From assembly GCA_039000985.1 (NCBI GenBank), contig JAWBMD010000011.1, positions 1 through 29,663 on the forward strand: a DNA stretch of 29,663 nucleotides, read 5' to 3'. The stretch comes from Candidatus Aenigmatarchaeota archaeon (GTDB lineage Archaea; Aenigmatarchaeota; Aenigmatarchaeia; CG10238-14; SpSt-28). Within the stretch, counting starts at the first letter, position 1. Each line of letters begins with the position of its first letter. Positions 25,163 through 29,663 of the stretch are shown piece after piece. The notes under the pieces were generated by a model. It saw only the letters and a program-made list of their open reading frames with translations, had not been told where the DNA came from and made no database searches. The position numbers and the translations under genes are program-made.

Positions 25163-25432
25163 TTATATTATCTCCTTAAACTTTAAATAACTTACTAGCA
25201 GTATTAACAAAATTATTATTAATAAAATAACTAACCATCTCCTAAGCCTTTTCTTTGCAATAGTAGTAATTAATTCTTCTTTCGCTTCTTCCTTCTTTTT
25301 TTCTTCTTCTAAAACTCTTCTTTCAACTTCGGTTTTCTCCTTTAATAATTCCTTCATTACCAAATCCCTTTGCTCCTTTCTCAATTCACCATAAAAATAC
25401 CTATCTTCTAACTTTTTCTTTTCTTCTACCAC
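25163..25432 (-). CDS. Small coiled-coil protein with a C-terminal TM anchor
   Basis: 89 aa, E/K-rich, followed by a hydrophobic helix; 2 nt upstream of minD. Confidence 0.7.
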   Translation of the reverse strand: MVEEKKKLEDRYFYGELRKEQRDLVMKELLKEKTEVERRVLEEEKKKEEAKEELITTIAKKRLRRWLVILLIIILLILLVSYLKFKEII

Positions 25433-26366
25433 AAATTAAAATTAGCAGTAAAATTATTAAAGAAAAAAGAATTATTTGAAATATACCGTTAAAATCAAAA
25501 TCAGCCAATGATACTTTTAAATCCTTAATTTCTATATCCAATCTTGCATAAATATTTGAACTTGAAGTTGAATTAGCATAAATAGCTAAATTTTTCTTGG
25601 ATGAATAATAAACAAAAATTTCACCACTAATTCTTTCAGAAGAGCTTGGAGTTAATAAACTAGTTTGATTGTTAAATAAATTTACCTCTACACCACTACC
25701 AGCAATTAATTGCCATGTTATTTTATAAGCATCATCCAAAGCACCTTTATTTTCAATCCTTCCTTCTAATGTAAATTTCCCTATACCACTATAAACATTT
25801 TTTCCAGCTAAAGAAACATCAAATGCTCTAAATGTAGTAATTGTCGAATTCTTTATGCTTGGATTTAAATTATCCGAAACATTGCATACTACGAAGTTTA
25901 ATCCGCTACTACACTTATTGAAAGAACAATCTAAAGTTGAATTATATGCTGGATTTCTAATTGTGCAAATAGTTCCAAGATATGGCGTAAAACATTTTAA
26001 TGTCGGATTATTCTTAAAATAGCATAAAAGAGATGCATTAAAATATTTGAATTCTCCCATTGATGGAGAATAAAAAGCGATATCGGTATAAATATTAAGT
26101 TCTGAATAATTGCCATAAAAGGATATACTCTTAAAAATTATTGAAGTTGTTGGTGGAAGTGTGGTTGTTGCAATTATTATAGGGGCTCTAGCAGAAAAAT
26201 AAACAAAGTAAACGAGAAAAAAAGTTAAGAAAAGCAATAAAGTACTAATTCTATTTTTATCTTTCTTTTTTAACCTAAAACCAAAAAAAGTTTTTGTTTT
26301 AGCTGAAATAAAATAACTTATCCAAAAATAACCTAATGCAAGTAAAACTATCACTATTTTTTCCAT
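25401..26366 (-). CDS. Membrane-anchored surface (glyco)protein
   Basis: Two N-terminal TMs, a Thr/Pro linker, a Cys-rich and Ig/CARDB-like region (IENKGALDDAYKI), several NxS/T sequons, and a C-terminal TM with basic tail. Confidence 0.75.
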   Translation of the reverse strand: MEKIVIVLLALGYFWISYFISAKTKTFFGFRLKKKDKNRISTLLLFLTFFLVYFVYFSARAPIIIATTTLPPTTSIIFKSISFYGNYSELNIYTDIAFYSPSMGEFKYFNASLLCYFKNNPTLKCFTPYLGTICTIRNPAYNSTLDCSFNKCSSGLNFVVCNVSDNLNPSIKNSTITTFRAFDVSLAGKNVYSGIGKFTLEGRIENKGALDDAYKITWQLIAGSGVEVNLFNNQTSLLTPSSSERISGEIFVYYSSKKNLAIYANSTSSSNIYARLDIEIKDLKVSLADFDFNGIFQIILFSLIILLLILICGRRKEKVRR

Positions 26367-26402
26367 AAATAAAATTTAATTGAAAGTTGAATTAAGTAAA
26401 AT

Positions 26403-26709
26403 TATGAAAATCAAAATATCATTGTTTGGCATTTTAAAATTTTATTTATTGTTTAATCTTTTTTATTCAATAAACGATACAATTTATTTTAAAGAAGGTA
26501 TTAACTATTTTTTAAAAACATTAATAATAAAAATAATAAGCCCTCTTTCAATATTAAATAGAACAATAGCAACAATACTTGAACTAAACATTTTTTCTTT
26601 ATTTACTTATTTAATAATTTTCTCTTTATCCTTTTTCCTTAGCTTTGTTACCTTCAAAAAAATTAATAAGAAAAGTAGAATTAGAAAAACCAAAAAGCTG
26701 AGAATGTAA
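26403..26709 (+). CDS. Hypothetical membrane protein
   Basis: Hydrophobic ORF filling the gap between two minus-strand genes; ATG 26403 preferred over TTG 26380; 84-bp convergent overlap with the next gene. Confidence 0.5.
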
Positions 26710-27315
26710 AATTATTGAGGGGGCATCTTTTATCTCATAAATTTCTTTAATTGTATTAAACAAGCTGTAATCTAAATCTAAATCAATTGTAAAAATTATT
26801 GGCATATAACTTAAATTGTACAAATAATCTCTAAACTTATCCATTTCAATACCTTGTAAAATGCATTCATAACAATTTTTCTTATAAACATATAAAACTG
26901 GAATAGTTTTGTTATTACAACTAGAATATTCTAAAGAAATTAACCAAGCATTTAGTGAAAGCCTCATGCTACTTTCTTTTAATTTTTGCATTTCATAACC
27001 AAATGTTTTATTTAGCTCGTATTCCTCGATTCTATAAGGAAGCAATTGATTATATTTCCAAATCAAATCTAAATATTTATTAAGAATTTTTTCTAATAGC
27101 TTGCAATTTTCAAATCCTTTAGATTTTGTTAATATCAAAACTCCTCTAATTTCCTCCATTTGCAATTGTAAATTTTTCATTTCATTTTCCAAATATGAAT
27201 AATCTTGCCTTTTAATTATTTTTTCCCCTATTATAATTCCAGTATATATACCAAAAAAATAAACTAAAAAAGATATTGATGCAGCAAGCAAAAGCAATTT
27301 TTTTATTTTCTTCAT
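26626..27315 (-). CDS. Membrane-anchored protein with a C-terminal thioredoxin-like CxxC domain
   Basis: N-terminal TM, coiled coil, VLYVYKKNCYECILQG...FTIDLD...YEIKDAPSIIL. Confidence 0.7.
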   Translation of the reverse strand: MKKIKKLLLLAASISFLVYFFGIYTGIIIGEKIIKRQDYSYLENEMKNLQLQMEEIRGVLILTKSKGFENCKLLEKILNKYLDLIWKYNQLLPYRIEEYELNKTFGYEMQKLKESSMRLSLNAWLISLEYSSCNNKTIPVLYVYKKNCYECILQGIEMDKFRDYLYNLSYMPIIFTIDLDLDYSLFNTIKEIYEIKDAPSIILHSQLFGFSNSTFLINFFEGNKAKEKG

Positions 27316-28580
27316 TAGAATGGTTCACTAATTTTTAATCTAAAAAACTTCCAAATAGATTTTGTGTTTCCATGCTTCGGTGTTTTAAACCATTTATCGC
27401 TTTTTACAAAAATTGCTTTGAAAAAATTAAAAGTATTGAAAAAAAGAAATAAGCTTCCAAAAAATATCGATAACAAAAATGCTTCATAAATTTTTATACG
27501 CTTGTTTATTATAGAGTTATATATAGCTAAAGATAAAAAACCGGCTGTTAAAGCAAAAGTTATAATAGTGTTTTTTATATCATCTATTGTTAAAGGTTTA
27601 GGAGTTCCTGTAAGTAAAGCTAATTGGCCAAAAACAAAGAAAAATAAAATTAAAGGTTGAAAAACATGTGAAAATGTTGAAAATGTTATTATTGCTTTTT
27701 TTGTTAAAGAAATATTGCTTTTAAATATAGTTCCTATATTGTCCAAAAAAGCTCTTGTTGTGCCATAAACCCATCTACCTTGCTGTTTTAAAAAATGAGT
27801 TAATTTATATGGTAACTCTCCTTTTGCTTTCAAATTTTTTAAATAAACAGTTTTGTATCCTTTACAAATTATTCTTACAGAAACCTCTGTATCTTCAGCT
27901 AAACTATTTTCATTATAACCACCAACCTCCATTAAAACACTTTTCCTTATTGCAGTTGCTGTTCCTCCAGAAAAAGTTACTCCAAAAAAACTGAAAAGAG
28001 GAATAAAAACATTGTAATAAACTGACATTAACAAATAAGCAAATTTACTTATGGATGTTTTATTATAACCAATAAAATCTTGCTTTGCTTGTACTATTGC
28101 AACTTTTTCATCATTAAACTCTTTAACTATTCTTTTAATAAAATCTTTACCAATTATCCAATCGGCATCAAATATCAAAATTATTTCCCCTTTAGCATAT
28201 TTCAAAGCATTATTTAAAGCTCCGGCTTTAAAACCTTTCCTATTGTTTCTTCTAATAACTTTTACTCTATCACATTTTAAACCATCTATTATTTTTCTTG
28301 TTTTTTCATCTGTGCCATCATCTGCTATTAAAATCTCAAAATTTTTATAATCTTGCTTTAAACAGCTTTTTACACATCTTTCAACAACAGGATCATTATA
28401 AGTTGGAATTATTATTGAAACAAAAAAATTTTTACCCTTTTTATTATTTGTTGCTAATTTTTTATTATTTTTTAAAATTGTGTTCAATAATATGAAATAG
28501 GTTATTAAAGAAAAAAATATTGTTGGATATATGAAAATATTGTAAAGCAACAAAGATGTTTGATGTATCAATTCTAGCAT
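27315..28580 (-). CDS. Processive GT2 glycosyltransferase (cellulose synthase-like)
   Basis: IPTYND, DDG, GFKAGALN, FDAD, AED, QQGRW; multiple TMs. Confidence 0.92.
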   Translation of the reverse strand: MLELIHQTSLLLYNIFIYPTIFFSLITYFILLNTILKNNKKLATNNKKGKNFFVSIIIPTYNDPVVERCVKSCLKQDYKNFEILIADDGTDEKTRKIIDGLKCDRVKVIRRNNRKGFKAGALNNALKYAKGEIILIFDADWIIGKDFIKRIVKEFNDEKVAIVQAKQDFIGYNKTSISKFAYLLMSVYYNVFIPLFSFFGVTFSGGTATAIRKSVLMEVGGYNENSLAEDTEVSVRIICKGYKTVYLKNLKAKGELPYKLTHFLKQQGRWVYGTTRAFLDNIGTIFKSNISLTKKAIITFSTFSHVFQPLILFFFVFGQLALLTGTPKPLTIDDIKNTIITFALTAGFLSLAIYNSIINKRIKIYEAFLLSIFFGSLFLFFNTFNFFKAIFVKSDKWFKTPKHGNTKSIWKFFRLKISEPF

Positions 28581-28583
28581 AAT

Positions 28584-29663
28584 TTATTTATACCATTTTA
28601 ATTTTATTTTCCAAAAAACAAAAATTATGGAAAGTAATATAACAGTATTACCAATGAAAAAATAATATGGAAATAGAAAAAATGAAAATATAACATTTTT
28701 AAAATTTAACTCATTATTAACTTTAAGTGAAAATAAAGCAATTGAAAATGTTAGTAATCCTGAAAGGCTCCCAACTATTATATAATACTTTGTTCCCCAA
28801 ACAGGAAGCATTATTAAAGAATTTATTGGTCCAAATATACTAAACCATTTGAAAAAATAAAATGGAATTTCAAAAGAGTTTTGTGGAATCCAATAAAGAA
28901 TTTGATATATTATGCAAAAAAATGATACGGGAACAAAAACATACCAAAAAGAAAATATTGGTAAAGAATATAAACCAAAAGATCCTTTTTTTAAGTTAAA
29001 AAAACTTTTTCTAAATTTAATAACAGTCTTTAAACCACCAACTGCCCATCTAATTCTTTGTGAAATAAAATTTTTCAATTTAATTGGTACTTTTGTATAA
29101 GCAAATGTTTTACCAACAACAATTTTATAACCTTTTGATTGAATATTGGCTGCCATATCAAAATCCTCAACCAAATTTTTTCCATCAAACTTAATTTTTT
29201 TCAATACGCTAGCTCTATAAATAGTTGCTGCACCATAAAGGTTAAGAGTACCTCTTTTTAAAGTGCTTAAACCAAAACCAACAACATTTTGATAAGAATA
29301 TTCGATTATTTGAAAATTTTCAAGAATGTTAAATTTTTTTTGCTTTTTTATTCTAATCATGGGAGTTACAGCAGCCACATTTTTATTTTTAAAATATGGC
29401 AAAAGCTTTTCAAAAATATCTTTTTCAACTATTGTATCTGCATCTAAAACAAAAATAAATTCTCCTTTAGCTTTACTTATCCCCAAATTTAAAGCATTTG
29501 CTTTTCCTGAATTTTTTATTTTAAAAACTTTTTTTGTATATTTTTTTGCAATTTCAAAAGTTTTATCTTGGCTTCCATCATCTATAACTATAATTTCTAA
29601 TTTTGGATATTTTGTATCCAAAACACTTTTAATACATTCTTCAATATTTTTCTCTTCATTATA
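28584..29663 (-). CDS. Processive GT2 glycosyltransferase (PgaC/IcaA or cellulose synthase-like), 5' end outside the window
   Basis: Frame is open to the window edge (YNEEKNIEECIKSVL), then DDGSQD, GKANALN, LDAD, VED, QRIRW and C-terminal TMs. Confidence 0.92.
   Translation of the reverse strand, partial: YNEEKNIEECIKSVLDTKYPKLEIIVIDDGSQDKTFEIAKKYTKKVFKIKNSGKANALNLGISKAKGEFIFVLDADTIVEKDIFEKLLPYFKNKNVAAVTPMIRIKKQKKFNILENFQIIEYSYQNVVGFGLSTLKRGTLNLYGAATIYRASVLKKIKFDGKNLVEDFDMAANIQSKGYKIVVGKTFAYTKVPIKLKNFISQRIRWAVGGLKTVIKFRKSFFNLKKGSFGLYSLPIFSFWYVFVPVSFFCIIYQILYWIPQNSFEIPFYFFKWFSIFGPINSLIMLPVWGTKYYIIVGSLSGLLTFSIALFSLKVNNELNFKNVIFSFFLFPYYFFIGNTVILLSIIFVFWKIKLKWYK

Noticed and set aside
4790..29100. 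Antisense ORFs 4790, 5582, 5910, 8303, 9971, 14167, 16981, 18601, 18810, 19194, 20721, 24586, 27755, 28298 and 28912
   Set aside because: All lie opposite well-supported genes and have shadow-type F/S/I/L-rich composition without motifs.
1..29663. CRISPR array, rRNA, or diversity-generating retroelement repeats
   Set aside because: No regularly spaced repeats, long GC-rich RNA genes, reverse transcriptase or TR/VR-like pair seen by eye; a self-dotplot would be the definitive check.

Overview
Very AT-rich, compact archaeal chromosome segment. It looks DPANN-like (Aenigmarchaeota-style; inferred from dispersed ribosomal protein genes, tiny intergenic spaces and archaeal tRNAs without encoded CCA) and is probably from a thermophile, given the speD-bpsA branched-polyamine genes. 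Core genes: partial rpl10e, a XerA-like recombinase, a short rpl34e missed by the ORF track, map, rps8, NAD kinase, rnhB, minD and two processive GT2 glycosyltransferases. Five tRNAs: Leu-CAA with an intron, Ser-CGA, Asp-GTC, Glu-CTC and Thr-CGT. There are two accessory regions. (i) 6806-9200, after tRNA-Leu: a TraB/Tiki-like protein, a decayed tRNA, a nucleotidyltransferase, a degenerate copy of the tRNA-Leu 3' end and an IS630 remnant. (ii) 13411-22246, between the inward-facing 3' ends of tRNA-Ser and tRNA-Asp: an integrase remnant, an HD hydrolase and a two-gene N6-methyltransferase plus PLD-SNF2 helicase defence module. The most unusual elements are a five-gene pilin-like surface operon ending in a 941-aa protein with translocator-like hydrophobic segments, an intact AmmeMemoRadiSam-type protein that has lost all three radical-SAM cysteines, and an N-terminally truncated L34e whose stop codon lies inside the tRNA-Leu D-loop. 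All family assignments come from motif recognition by eye; no searches were run.
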